A stretch of 64,000 bases of DNA from Ascidiella aspersa (taxonomy: Eukaryota). The notes beneath the pieces are model-generated. The model saw only the letters and a list, made by a program, of their open reading frames with translations. It was not told where the DNA came from and searched no databases. Positions 14,501 through 26,515 of the stretch are shown here, piece after piece. Position numbers and translations under genes: made by a program. The DNA lies in assembly GCA_963924565.1 (NCBI GenBank), contig OZ004612.1:13082001-13146000 (forward strand). Direction: 5' to 3'. Numbering within the stretch: position 1 is the first letter of the stretch; every line of letters begins with the position of its first letter.

Positions 14501-17500
14501 AAAAAATAAAAAAATGGCTGCTGTGTTTATCTTTGTTGACTCTTGCATCCTACGCTGCAATTTTATCAAGAATAGTCTAGAAAAACTCAGGAAAAGCTGC
14601 GATTCGGACAAGCTTTAGAAACTATGCCAACCTGCTCTTATTTGGGGTCTGTGAATCTTTTTTCCATCAATGACTTCTTCCATGGTCGGAATAACCCCAA
14701 ACGTGTTGATCGTTGAAATTTCAACGCTGAAAAATAGCGAACACTTGGACGTAATAATCAGTTGTTTGTTGTATTACTAGAAGGAAAACCATGTGTTCGA
14801 GTTTAAAGCAATATATATTTGTAGTAATTTTATATTTGTTATTACAAAAATTCGATATCCTAGAATAAAAACCTAATATTTAAAACAACATCAAATTATA
14901 TTTGAATTTTTTTTTTAAATTCTGTAGTCTGCGGGAGATTTATCATATGCCGTGTTTCAGCTATGTGTTTTTAGTGTTAAAGATTGTCAGTTCTTTTATT
15001 ATATTTATGTTCTCAGTATTCAGTTTGATCGGATTTTTTTTATGGTTGGTTGGAATAATAAACTCCAATTCAATTTGATTTCATGGTTATATGTTTTTTT
15101 TTCGTTTTTATACTAGCGATGATGTGTCGCAAATCAGAGTTAGGTAAAAATGCAAAATGAAAAGTAAAAATGCAAAAATGAAAAGAAAAGGTTTTGGTGT
15201 AAAGCTGATATATGTCTTCTTGTACCTGTACTCAGTCACTCCCGACACCGTCAGCACGTAATCTGCCGGTTCCAGATTTGTAACGTTGAGGACGATCAGC
15301 CCGGATGCCTCGGACTGGTTCGTTACAGTCGGAAAAGGCGTATCAGCTGTGCAGTGAATAATCAAAGAAAAAACATTTAGGCTTTAGCTTAAATTTCGGT
15401 GTGCAAACTTGGTGAACAGATTAGTGCAACCATATTAACGTCGTTGGTTAAATGTGATAAAAAGTGATTGTATAACGGTAATTTCACTTATTTTATAACT
15501 TTTTGAAAAAAGTTATTACGCAGAACAGTACCTTACCTTTATAGTATACATCAGCCGCAAAAAATGTTACATACATTTGGTAATTTTTAGACTGATTGGG
15601 GCTTGTTTAATGCAAGCACACTCATTAAAGAACTGCAACCAATGGAGTAATGGCGAAAATGATATACACAGCGTAACGGTCTATAACACGTACCATCGAC
15701 TGGCAATACAGACTCATAGGTGATGCCTTCGCCAGAAAGAAGAATGGTTACGACACCATCAGACTCCACAGTAAACCAGGTTTGGTTATCTGAGCGGACC
15801 ACGGCGTTGTACAAAATCACCTAAAAAAATTTTGTGGTTGCCTTTTTATTTGACGCAACAGGTGTTTACATATATTGTTTTATTGTAGAACGCCATTATT
15901 TTGTTTAATTGTGGACATTGCTTTCCGGTTTAGTAAAAAGCATTTTTTGCGGTAAATTATAATACACGAACGACACCCTTACTCTTTATTATTGTAAAAT
16001 AGCTAAGAAATTTCAAATATAATATTTTAATAACTTACAGAACATGAAAACCATCCGGTACAGATTTGTTTCTGACCATTAAAAAACTGGTTCATTTGCA
16101 TAATGAATGATAATTACGCTAAAAATACTCATTAAAAAGTGTAATGTTTATCCCCAACTTTCCAGTAACGGTGTTGTTAACTAAAATGGATTACTCTTAT
16201 GTACATACCTTGCCTTGGGCTGTCAGAACCGAAAACACTTCGGTGACCGTTTTAAAATCTTTTTTGTTAGTTATGGTCACCATTCCACCAGTGTCCTGTG
16301 CAATTTCTTTGTACAGTGGAATTCCAGCAGGATTCGGGAGGTTTGCTGTCACCAGAGATATCACCTGGTGAACGTCAAAAACAACACACATATATATATA
16401 TATATATATACGCGCAACTATAGATTTACTGAATAGATCAGGGGTGGGCAAACTGCAGGTCGTGAGCCACATGCGGCTTGCCGGCATGTTTTTTGTGGCT
16501 CTTCTAGTCGAATCGTAAAATTCCTATAAAAATTGGTCTACCGTACCAAGCCTCCCAAGAGTACCGTTTATGAATGTTTCTCTTTTTTATTTTCTTTATT
16601 TAGGCCAGCATTTCGTTTATGACGTAACAATAGACATAGAATCCGACGATTTGATTAACAGTAAGGCAACGCAATTCCATTGCTAAGGTTTAACTTTTCA
16701 GAGAGGTTTAAATTTTAGCAAATCAATCAAAAGACTGATATTGATAAATATTGTGCATGTTTTTTTGTTATTACAGGTATTATTATTGTGTTAATTACCG
16801 TTTCGTATATTACAATTCTGTTATTATTGCTAAACTTGCATTATTTACCGTTTTTGTTGCCTACCCCTGTTATAGATGTTAAACACTAACAATATTGCGT
16901 CGGTCTCATTTAGAAAAATTTTTATTCACACTGCAGGACTTCTGAAATAAATGCCATCACGCTGTCAAAGTTTTTCTTTCTACAAATATTAGAATCTTAG
17001 TAGGATGGATCCTCGTAATTTTGATTTAGGGGCAAGGTAAAAACGTAACGCTAAAGAAATATATCCCGTGCAAAAATATAAAAGTCATTCTAGTGTAAGG
17101 CGACAAAAAGCCTTTGGCCCTTAAATGTTAGCAAAACTGTCATGAGAAGCAAACTGTCTTTATGCCGACAAGACTTTTAAAAACAGACTTAAAGTATCGA
17201 CAAAAAAATAATATACGAGAATTGACACCGGACATACTAAAAAAGTTAAACCTCAACGTCAAGCCACATAAAACTGGATGCCGGTCGCGGTTTGTCCACC
17301 CCTACAACGGGGACATCCTTCGCAGTTCCATCTTAAACTTACCCTAATCTTTTTAATTACAGCCAGAGCAACCACGATGGGTTTGATTTCGATATCCTTC
17401 GCATCTGCGTCCGTAATCATGAAAACAATAGATCTGCAAAATGACGATTGAAAAACAAATTTAGAATTGGAATTTATGTATGTGCTTGTCAAGATTGATC

Positions 17501-20500
17501 GTGGGCTCAGTTGGCGAGAAGAAACTCTACCCGCTAAATGTTACCAGAAGTAAGCCTATGCGCATGACGATTCCTCATTTGTTTTTTCTTTGCAAATTGG
17601 TTAATTTTAAAGGATTACTATATTATTTATTTCGGTACAAATTGCAGTTAAGGCACTCTATAAAATGGATTACTATAATAAACAAGAAATAGGTTAATAA
17701 TTATTAGGGTCTGCTCTAAAGCCTTTTCAAAGGTAAGTAAATAATGAAAGCTTGTTCGAATGGAAATACAAAATTAATGATATTTTACATTGGAAAATAT
17801 AATACCGTTACAAATAAAATCATTTTTGTTTTTGTTTGGTGTAATTTATTTGGCCCTTCGGAACTGTGGTAACATTGCTTCTTTTTACACGTTTGATATT
17901 ATTGAAATATGTTTGGTAATGGCTTCTCTCTAGCTTCAACATACCTCTTTGTACTTGCGACCAAAGCGTTCAAAATACCCGTCAAGGCCCTTTCAGGAAA
18001 ATCGCCCCCGCCTCTTGCTGTAAGCGCTTGCAAGGCAGTAATCATCTCCTCAGGATCGGTTGTTTCGGTTAAAGGACCCACAGCTGAAAAAATATTAAAG
18101 CCAGGTTAAAAACGAACCTCACCAGAACGAAATATTTTGTTGTTATTTAGTTATACAATATTATCGAGAAAAATTACACCTGCATGTGAAACTGAGTTGG
18201 ATCAATTGTAATTTTTAATTGTAATTGATGTAATTAATTACAGGTTTTAAAGTAACTGTAATTGTAATGTAATTGAGATATTTTTATTCTATGTAATTCT
18301 AATTGAAATTAAAATTTGCTAAAATTTTTGGCTCAATACATTGATATTAAGAAAATTGAAGTTTCAATGCCGAAACTCGAAATTGATGTAATTAACTACA
18401 GTTTTTAATGTAATTGTAATTGTAATGTATTTGAAACATTTAAGGAAGTAATGTAATTGTAATTGAACTGAATGAAGGTAACCGACTCTGATGTGAAGTA
18501 GTTTAAACATCTTGAAATATCGCAAAATTTGAAATGTTTATTATACATATTGATGATTTTGTATGTGACCAAGCCCTTACAAAGTGTATAACAAACGTAT
18601 TAGTAGCAAAATGCGGTTCTCTTGGTACTATTCAAATGAAGTTGTATTTACGAACACGATGCCGCAGAAAACGGTACTAGGATCGCTTCGCGACCATGCC
18701 GTTTCCACTTATAGCGTGCCTATATCTCGGTCGGTTGAGCAAGGTCTATAGGTAGGAATGAGGTCGTGTGTTCAAATATCATAGCTGATAAGTGTTTTCT
18801 AACCTTGCCCTCGTTGTTTTATGCCGGCTGTTTTTCGTAAACCTTGTCAATCAGCAATCTTATGTAGTTTAAACTTAATATAACTTGTTTTGGGCTAGGG
18901 GAGACTGAAGAGCTGTGTATTAGGTCTATTACCAGATTTACCAGAGACTGAATATGGGAAATACTTTAAATTAACTTCAAACAGAAAAGGATAATAACTT
19001 GGATCGTTGAAAGGGCTGAGCACGTAATATAGCGGTTGATTGGTTGTTCCAAGAGTTTGCGTGATAATGTTGATCGTCTGGTTTTTTGCGTCTTCGATCT
19101 CGCCGCCCATACTTCCGGTGTCGTCGATCGCAAACGAAAGTGTCGTTCCGACCTTCAGGCTCAGGAAGAGAAGATACTGGACGTTGCCTGTGCGGTAAAG
19201 TAATCTTACGTATTAATAAACATTGGCGGCTGTTGTTATAACGCGCATAAATGCAATAGAGGTCTGAACGTTGGCTCGGTTAGTACTTAGCGGTGTTGTT
19301 TTACTTAAGTCACTGTTTTTAAATGACTTGACTTGACTCAAGTGATTTGAACAAGAGACTTGACTTAGACTTTTGTTTGGTGAAATTTTGTTAGATTCAC
19401 CGTGATTTATGCTTAAAAAACAGTTTGCTCGCTAAATGTCGCATTTTCTATTGTTGCCAATCACATATCAGTCGGAACCGAATACGTTTACCAGTTTCCT
19501 TAATAATTTATTATTTTATTATTTTTATGCAAATAACCTGCTCTGGTATATAGCAACGTTATGATATATTAGTCCCTAAATTCAACGTATTATGCACTAA
19601 AAAGTAGATATTTGAAAAACATCGCACCCAAAAACCAACGCCGAGAGGTTAATCAGAATAAGACGAAACGCATTTTCGTTCGTTTGAAAAAACACTGCAC
19701 ATTCCCCGTTTTGTTAAAAACCTATACAAATCAACAAAATGATCGAACCTATTAAGTTTTGAATGCTGAGCAAGATGTCGTCGAGCAGTTTTGCGATCAG
19801 CGGCGCCTGGTCATCGGTGATCGCCTCCAGGTCGACCGTGCCGAGATCCGGACTTTCCAAGGTGGCCAGCTTCATGAGCCTGACCGTTTCGGCCCTGGCC
19901 TCGTCCAGTTCGTTGCTGACGATCAAGCCAATGACCTTGCTCAAGACGATCGACGAGTTGACACCAACCGTGGTCTTACCCGAGTGCACGCTGTCTAGGT
20001 AGTTTCCCAGAAACCTGGCCAACAATGAAGGGTTGATGAAAGGCGTCGAACCTTGAATGCATTACTGTGCTGTAAGTTCAGCACTAGTCGTTGCGCTACC
20101 CGCAACTCCGTAGATTGCCAAATAGTTGTATTGGAATTTAAAGGCTTCAAACCGGTGGAAATTCGGTCAAAATTTCACGTAGATCACCCATCACTTATAT
20201 TAACCCTCAATGATGTGACATGCCCTACGGCACAGATGTAAATAAAAGGTTAAACGGCACAGAACATGGCTTTAAGAACGGTAAAATAACTAACCCGGCG
20301 GTCGAAGCGGTTTTCCCGAAATGGGCAGTAAAGAGCTCGACCAGAGTGTACTTCTGATCCCTGTTGACCGTGGGGAATCCACCGGGGCCCGGTATTTCGG
20401 CGAAGATCTTCGTCGTGGCGTCCACCAGGCTTTGCAGCACCAGTTTGTCAAAGGTGGTCCCGATGGTGATGGTCGTATCACATTGCGCTTCCTTGATGGG

Positions 20501-21440
20501 CAAATTGTATGTTACGTATACGCTGCTCAGTCGAGTTGCTAGTACACTGCATTTGGCGCGCGCGTGTTCAATTGACTTCGCGTGGCATGCGAAAAGAATG
20601 TGCATTTGTCTATAGACGCAGGTTAAGCAAGATCACTTTACCAAATAACCGACACAATCGGTGGCTCGCAAAGAACATACGGCTGAACTTAACCAGCAAG
20701 CGCTTGTTTAGTCGCTTTATTTTAATGTATACGCGGTTTATGAAAACTTGTGACATTTCTGTGAAGATATTTTAACGTTTAGTCCATTTAACTTTACACG
20801 GCTTTGTTTTAAATACGCATGGCAGTTTTTTGTAAACTCGTCTCAAGACCAGAAAAGCAATTTCAGTAGCTTATATTTTAAGGTGTACATTTAGTCCTAA
20901 TAACCGATAGTTATATAGGTATATTATACTTTTAAATCGTGAGCAATAATAGGAAATAAATAAATGCTAAACCTTTTCAATAATAATGATAAATTTGTTC
21001 CATAGTCGAAAGAAAAGTTTACCTTTTTATTGACGTTGTCTAACATCTACGAAAGGTAATTAAACGTTTTTACATTAAGTTTACTAACAGACGTCAAATG
21101 TATAATGTGTTCTATTGGTTCTAATTGATTCCGCGGTCACATGCAATTGGGCTATCGTCTCTAGTTTGCATAATTATGCACGGTACGCTGGTTTTGAGGT
21201 AACGTCAAGTGTTTACTCTGAGCTATACGCGCAATACAATACTCGCAAAAGCGATTTTATCGGTTTACGTTATTCTCAACAGAACATGCAAAAAGCAAGT
21301 AAAAACAATTTTTTTAATAATAGTTTTTAATAATATTGGCATTACATTACAAAAACAACAACTAATTAACTAACCGTTTGGGTCGGATTTTGGAGCAGAA
21401 AGCCCACAATCAGCAGGGCTACTGCCGACTCGATCTTCAT
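116..21440 (-). CDS. Gene A: secreted VWA7/hemicentin-type VWA + Sushi + VWD-C8-TIL-TILa protein (VWA7 x FCGBP/zonadhesin-like mosaic); 3'-incomplete; possibly a defective allele or young pseudogene
   Basis: 24 phase-compatible exons spliced by hand: 21375-21440, 20295-20491, 19749-20152, 18999-19187, 17945-18083, 17343-17433, 16209-16364, 15694-15820, 15226-15346, 14632-14726, 10774-10955, 7563-7691, 7044-7129, 6489-6654, 6095-6272, 5381-5526, 4391-4498, 3895-4063, 3277-3397, 2706-2841, 1700-1829, 1267-1374, 545-636, 116-260. All introns are GT-AG except the exon-3 acceptor (CG). Exon 3 has TAA at 20062-20064. Confidence 0.88.
2045..2459. mobile_element. hAT MITE with AAGTC-rich internal repeats
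   Basis: TIRs CAGTGTTG / CAACACTG; 8-bp TSD gtttaaat / gtttaagt. Related copy at 26170-26515 and a fragment near 19290-19370. Confidence 0.8.
6095..6272 (-). CDS. Gene A exon 15: Sushi/CCP domain
   Basis: CPVL..C..GSICTLKCGANYAVNGPTQTICQASGRW..C pattern; ag/gtgagt boundaries. Confidence 0.88.
9143..9759. mobile_element. Non-autonomous hAT element, possibly with a decayed transposase 5' remnant
   Basis: TIRs CAGGGGTTCTCAAAC / GTTTGAGAACCCC; flanking duplication is degenerate. Confidence 0.7.
16209..19187 (-). CDS. Gene A exons 4-7: VWA domain of hemicentin/VWA7 type
   Basis: Motifs LSFAIDDTGSMGGEI (MIDAS-like), YVLSPFNDP, GGGDFPERAL, VFMITDADAKD, LYKEIAQDTGG. Confidence 0.92.
16439..16869. 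mobile_element. hAT MITE
   Basis: TIRs CAGGGGTGGGCAA / TTGCCTACCCCTG; TSD gaatagat / ttatagat. Confidence 0.78.
18192..18490. mobile_element. hAT-like MITE with GTAATT internal repeats
   Basis: Ends CTGAGTTGG / CCGACTCTG; TSD atgtgaaa / atgtgaag. Confidence 0.7.
18718..18782 (+). repeat. Degenerate tRNA-derived SINE head
   Basis: A-box-like TATCTCGGTCGG and B-box-like GTTCAAATA at tRNA spacing; no cloverleaf. Confidence 0.35.
19749..20491 (-). CDS. Gene A exons 2-3: shortened VWA7-like N-terminal helical region
   Basis: TFDKLVLQSLVDATTKIFAEIPGPG..ELFTAHFGKTAS resembles the VWA7 N-terminus as I recall it. LLSIQNLIG/NVQYLLFL leads into the VWA domain as in VWA7. Confidence 0.6.
21375..21440 (-). 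CDS. Gene A exon 1: signal peptide
   Basis: MKIESAVALLIVGFLLQNPTQT then donor gttagt; joins in phase 0 to EAQCDTT of exon 2. Confidence 0.8.
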
Positions 21441-22849
21441 AATCGTTTTCAGGTTACTCAAAATGCAAAAACGTTAAATTTCTTATTCAAATTGAACAAG
21501 CCTATTGAGTGCTTTGCAAAACAAATTAATAATTACTTAATACAACATTTTTGCGCTATGTTTATTCACTATCACGTCCGTTTTGCACCTTTTTAAAATA
21601 GTATGGAACCTAAAATTTCCGAATTAACACAATCCGACAAACTCAACAATTTTGGTGTTTTCCTTGTCCGTATTATTTTTGTTATTGCTCCCGACAAATT
21701 GAGTTAAAAGCTCCGTCGCAATCGTAAGAACTGCGCCTAGCTAAACACAAGTGTAGGGGGCAATGATTCTATGTTATTAAGCAACCATTCAATGTGAAAG
21801 CATTCAAAGGACACCGACGAATAGGCGTAAAGTTAAACACAAGTCGGGGTTTAACTATTTGCCGACTCTGCGTTGCCGAAACTAGCGCGTCTTCCCGCGA
21901 ACAAAGCAGTCAAGGTTTCGAGTCAACACAGACTAAACCTTTCGCCATTTATGAATTCCACCTTTTGGTCAACATCCCATTTAGTTAGTGATTGAAACTG
22001 AACGATCGCCAGGTTGCCTAAGACTCAAATGTAAACGACCGTTAGCAACAGCTTATATGTAAACGACTGTTGTGTCTACAAAACACAATGGCGCCCCCAA
22101 TTTCTTCACTGTTGTTTGGGGGCTGCTTTTTTCTCTGTTTTTACCTGCCTGATAGCACGTCATGCTGCGACTATACCTTTTTCCAGGAGCAGTGGCGTAG
22201 GAGAATTGCCGCCTTTCAGTAAACCCTTTCGACGAATGTGAAGGAATTGCGCGCAAATGCCTTTGAGATCCTCATCGGCGCACCCGCGATGTCTTCAACG
22301 CTGCCACGGTCCTGCTCTTACACGGATTCCTATACCCCATTTTCAATAGCTTTAAATTTGCTTTTAACATGTCTGTATATGCCACCGTAAATTCTTCAGT
22401 CATTTTGACATTACATTTAACGTTATACCAAATTATCAACATGCTTTACCCATTTGTTTTTTTTGTTTTTAAATATTATTGTAACCTTTTGATCAGATGA
22501 AACAAGTTCGAGTTTTTTTGCCAAGGCTTAAATAAATAAAATGATATGTTCATTTAGGAAGCCCTAATGCAATTTTACCTCAATGTTTTATTGTAAAGGA
22601 TCTAAAATGCATAAAAAACGGGCTTAATGTAGCAGAAATAATATGGAATGATTGTGCACGATTGGGATACGAGCTGACATGTCCACATTGGTGTGCGACT
22701 GTGCGTACGGAATTAAAAATTATAGACCAAACCTGCGCCATGTGGTCTTAAAAACGATAAAATTACTACTTTCAAATGTTTTCTTTATGCTTCACTAAAT
22801 TACAGTTCGAAAGCAATGTGACCTGTTACATTCGAAATATTCTTTAAAG

Positions 22850-23302
22850 CAAGGGTCTACAACCTGCGGCGAACCTGGTCTAATGTAATTCTTTGGCTCA
22901 CGACCTATTTTGCAAAATAAAAATGGGACCAATCCAAATATATTTTGGCTATTTTAACTGGAAAAAGTTTGCTATCTGCGCGAATCTTGTTTTGCTTGGT
23001 ATTTTATGCTCCGCGCGAATCTTGTTTTGCAAGAATTTTTATGATTTGATTAATTCTTCTTGGCCCTAAGGTGTCACGAGTATGGCAACTTTTTAGGAGA
23101 AATTATTTGAGGTATGGAACTCTCTAAGAATTAAGTTCGCTTTGTCGCTGATGCATTCCATCATTTCCAGGTTATTATAAGTTATTATAAGTTGTTATAA
23201 TAAAAAGTTTTCATGACAAAATTGTTAGTGGAGATTTAATACGGCCGCAAAACCTTGCTGAGTCTGGTTTTGGCCCGCGACTAGAAGGTTTGCCGATCCC
23301 TA
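22850..23302. mobile_element. Degenerate hAT MITE
   Basis: CAAGGGTCTACAACC ... GGTTTGCCGATCCCTA; TSD ctttaaag / cttcaaat. Its 3' end recurs at about 29245-29278. Confidence 0.6.
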
Positions 23303-26169
23303 CTTCAAATAATTAACGTTTGGTTTGCTCAATGTACGCATTACCCTTCTAACCTTGCCTTTAATGCCTATAGTTTTCAACCTGAATTTTTATCAGGAAG
23401 GAAATGGACAATTGGTTCTATACGTTGAACAGGGATCATCTTTCTTTTCGTTGTTGTATTATGTTGTTTACTCGCTTTGGCATCATTGATTTTGAATTTA
23501 GTTTCCTTTCCGCACCCTAATATGCAACAAAGAACTTCCAAGAATAATCATGTTATTGGATTGTGACTAGTTAAGTGTGCGCTTATTATTGCATTGTGGT
23601 TCGTCGGGCGTAAAGTTACCACAAAAAGGTGCTGTTCCAAATTGAAGTGCTTTCCGGACATCGCCCATATATTTTGTACAAAAAAACAGGCAATCTCCCA
23701 ATCTTAAAAAAAAATAGGCTTTCCTGCCAATGTTTGCTCAAATATTACCTAAATTGTAATTCTGTATGTAAGGGGGGTTGTATTTAACGAACATTAATAA
23801 AACAAAGCTTGTTCTACTGCATGTTGAAAAACTGTAACGAAAACAAACGCTGTTAGACTTTCTCCTTAAACCCCCCCCCCCGCCCAAACAATTTAACGCG
23901 TAGGCTGTGTAACGGCGCCGCCCTATCGTTTCATTGCGATTTCCAAAAATCAATTGGTGATTTGTTGAGATTATAGGATACAAGGGCTGAAAGACGCCGG
24001 AAGTTTGAAAAGTTTAATAGAACGCTCGGCAAGTTTCGACTCATCGCTGCTCCGGCCGTATCGCGCATCAATTTGTTCCTTGTCATAGCTTACTTTGTTT
24101 ATTTCAATGTCAGCGCCAACGGAAAAATAAACATTACTTACTTACTTACTTTCGAACCCAACAAGGTTATGGTATGTTGTTTAAAAATGGGTATATAGCC
24201 AGATCCAAAATATACAAATGCAGCGATTGAGAAAGAATTTAACTTGCTTTTGTCACTCACCTGTAGCATAATTTTATACCAGTGCTGTGAAGACATGAAC
24301 GAATGGATTGACCAGATTGAAGTATTTTGGGAAAAGGACTTAATTTGAACATTTGAAGAACGAACGACTTGACTTGAAAGTGGGTAACTGGGCATACTTA
24401 TTGAATACATTTTGGTAAAAGTGTGTTGTTTCCGTTACTTGTTTTTTGAAATTATTTACGCGTAAAGCGATTTGCTGCTTTGTAGTTTTGCTATACACTT
24501 TCGCCCAGAACGGACTAAAGTTTAACTAACTAAAGTTTATTAGTTAGTTTATAATTATAACGACCTGTCTTAAAATTAGCTTGCTACGACTATATCTCAG
24601 TATTTGCCTATGTAAGTTATTTGGATACGGGATTGACTTATCTTCATACACGAATCAGTAAAAAAATACTTGTTTACAACACTACGATTAAAAAATTGAC
24701 TAATTATGCAATAGCAGGTTTGAAAGCAAATGCTACAAGATCTTATAACATAAACGCTTTTCGGTATAGAGACAAACAAAGGAATATTGCTGCAATAAAA
24801 TGGGCCATGACGTTTTCGCGCGATAATGATTCAAAATATAAATCCTGAAAAGTTTAAAGGCGTGACCTATTAACGAAAATCATCTCTAATGAAATAATAA
24901 AAGTATGAGTTTATATTTCTGACTTGGAATAACTTAAAAAAAATTTGAAAAAGCGAATAGAACTGTTAACGTGTTATTGATACAACAATACATGGTGAAA
25001 CAAGTGCCTTAAAACTGGACACGTCGTTGGCGCACAGTATCAAACCTCCGCCCATCGCAACAATTTGTTCCGCCGCTTTATTCTTGCCGACGCATCGGTT
25101 AGATTTGCAGTTTACGTTTACGTCTGTACTTTGTGCGAATCGCAAGTTCAGTCAAGCGCGCAAATAGTTGGCAGGGCTTCGGGCTGATTCGTTGCGAAAA
25201 ACGTGCCGTTACCCGGTTTATTCCAGGCGGCCGAAAGAAAGCATTGCCTGAAACGGCACGCTCTGACGTAAATGAATACCTAAGGCGCGTTCAACGCTAA
25301 AAAGGCAACAGGAAAAGACCGGTTGGACGCGGGTCGGCAAAAATCGGCCGGCGGCATACGCGGGTCACGTAGAGAGCCTTCCATCACGTCAGCACCCCGA
25401 CGGACAGCCGTCGCGCTTCGCGGAGATCGGTTGCGGCCAATTGCGCGCGATTGACGGCCACACAGGATTCCGGATCCTGGCCGGGAATTATTGTCCAATA
25501 TAATGAAGTGGAAGGCAGGAAGATTAGAGGCGCGCACCTCGCCCTTTCCTTGTTTGGGTTCTGGATTAAAAAAGGAAAACCCTCCCCTTAAAAGTAGGGT
25601 ATATCTGTTACGCTGCATTGGGACGGCGAGTTTTAAGTGCTTATCCCAGCCCTATATAAAAATATTGAAGTTTGAGTTACATTTTTTTATCACTTCTTTA
25701 TAGCTGGCGACTTTATGGTTAACTGCATGTTTTATTCCTCGTTTAAAAATTGAACATGTGTGGTAAACGTGGTTCGGAAATTATTTGTCATATTGCAAGG
25801 TTTACTGACGAACACTAATCGCTGGACGTTAATCCCGATATTATCCCTATGGCACGCTGGGGAACATTTACCGTTGTGCGACTTGTAATCAATTATAAAA
25901 CGCCACTTAACTTTTGCACTTAGTAAAATAAACTAAAGATAAAAAAACGTTTCTAAACAAATTAGACTTTTAAAACTAGTAGAGGCAATAGACAACCCAA
26001 CACACAATCAATTTATTTTAAAACTTAAAAAGACCAGTCGTACGAGACTTGGTACACTTCGAACACAGATGGACTTCAGGATCGCCCAGTAGCGTATATC
26101 GTTATACTTCCTAATTGGTTAATACGAGGGACCCATAGCTCATCTTTCGTCATTCGGCGTGCCGGTTGT

Positions 26170-26515
26170 CAGTGTTGTAAATACTCAAGTTAATGACTTG
26201 ACTTAAATTTACTATGACTTGACTTGGACGTTAGTCATTTTGTCAAATAACTTGGGTTAAGATAAGAATTTTTTATTTAATATATATTTTTTAAATTGGT
26301 TTCTTTATCTTAACTTTGGCACATAAAATAAATTATTGTTGTTGCGTTGTTGTTATTTTTTGGTTGAGGTATTAATTATAATCGGACAAGTTTACCCAAT
26401 GACTTAACTTAAGGTTGACCTATAATAATTACTTGTCTGAGACTTGACTTCATAAGTTGTTTATCAAATACCTTGGGAGTTAAAGTCTTTTTAAATTGAC
26501 TTGTTTACAACATTG
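26170..26515. mobile_element. hAT MITE, same family as 2045-2459
   Basis: TIRs CAGTGTTGTAAA / TTTACAACATTG; GACTT repeats; flanks share ccggt. Confidence 0.72.

Noticed and set aside
21441-21480. Possible trans-splice acceptor just upstream of the gene A ATG
   Set aside because: Weak GAG acceptor; cannot be told from chance without 5' cDNA data.
23320-23545. Minus-strand CCILGC..HFLP THAP-like relic
   Set aside because: Multiple stops and weak similarity; cannot be supported without a search.
24138-24410. 90-aa minus-strand ORF with a cag|gtgagt donor-like site
   Set aside because: No recognisable domain and no partner exon; gene A already has a signal-peptide exon.
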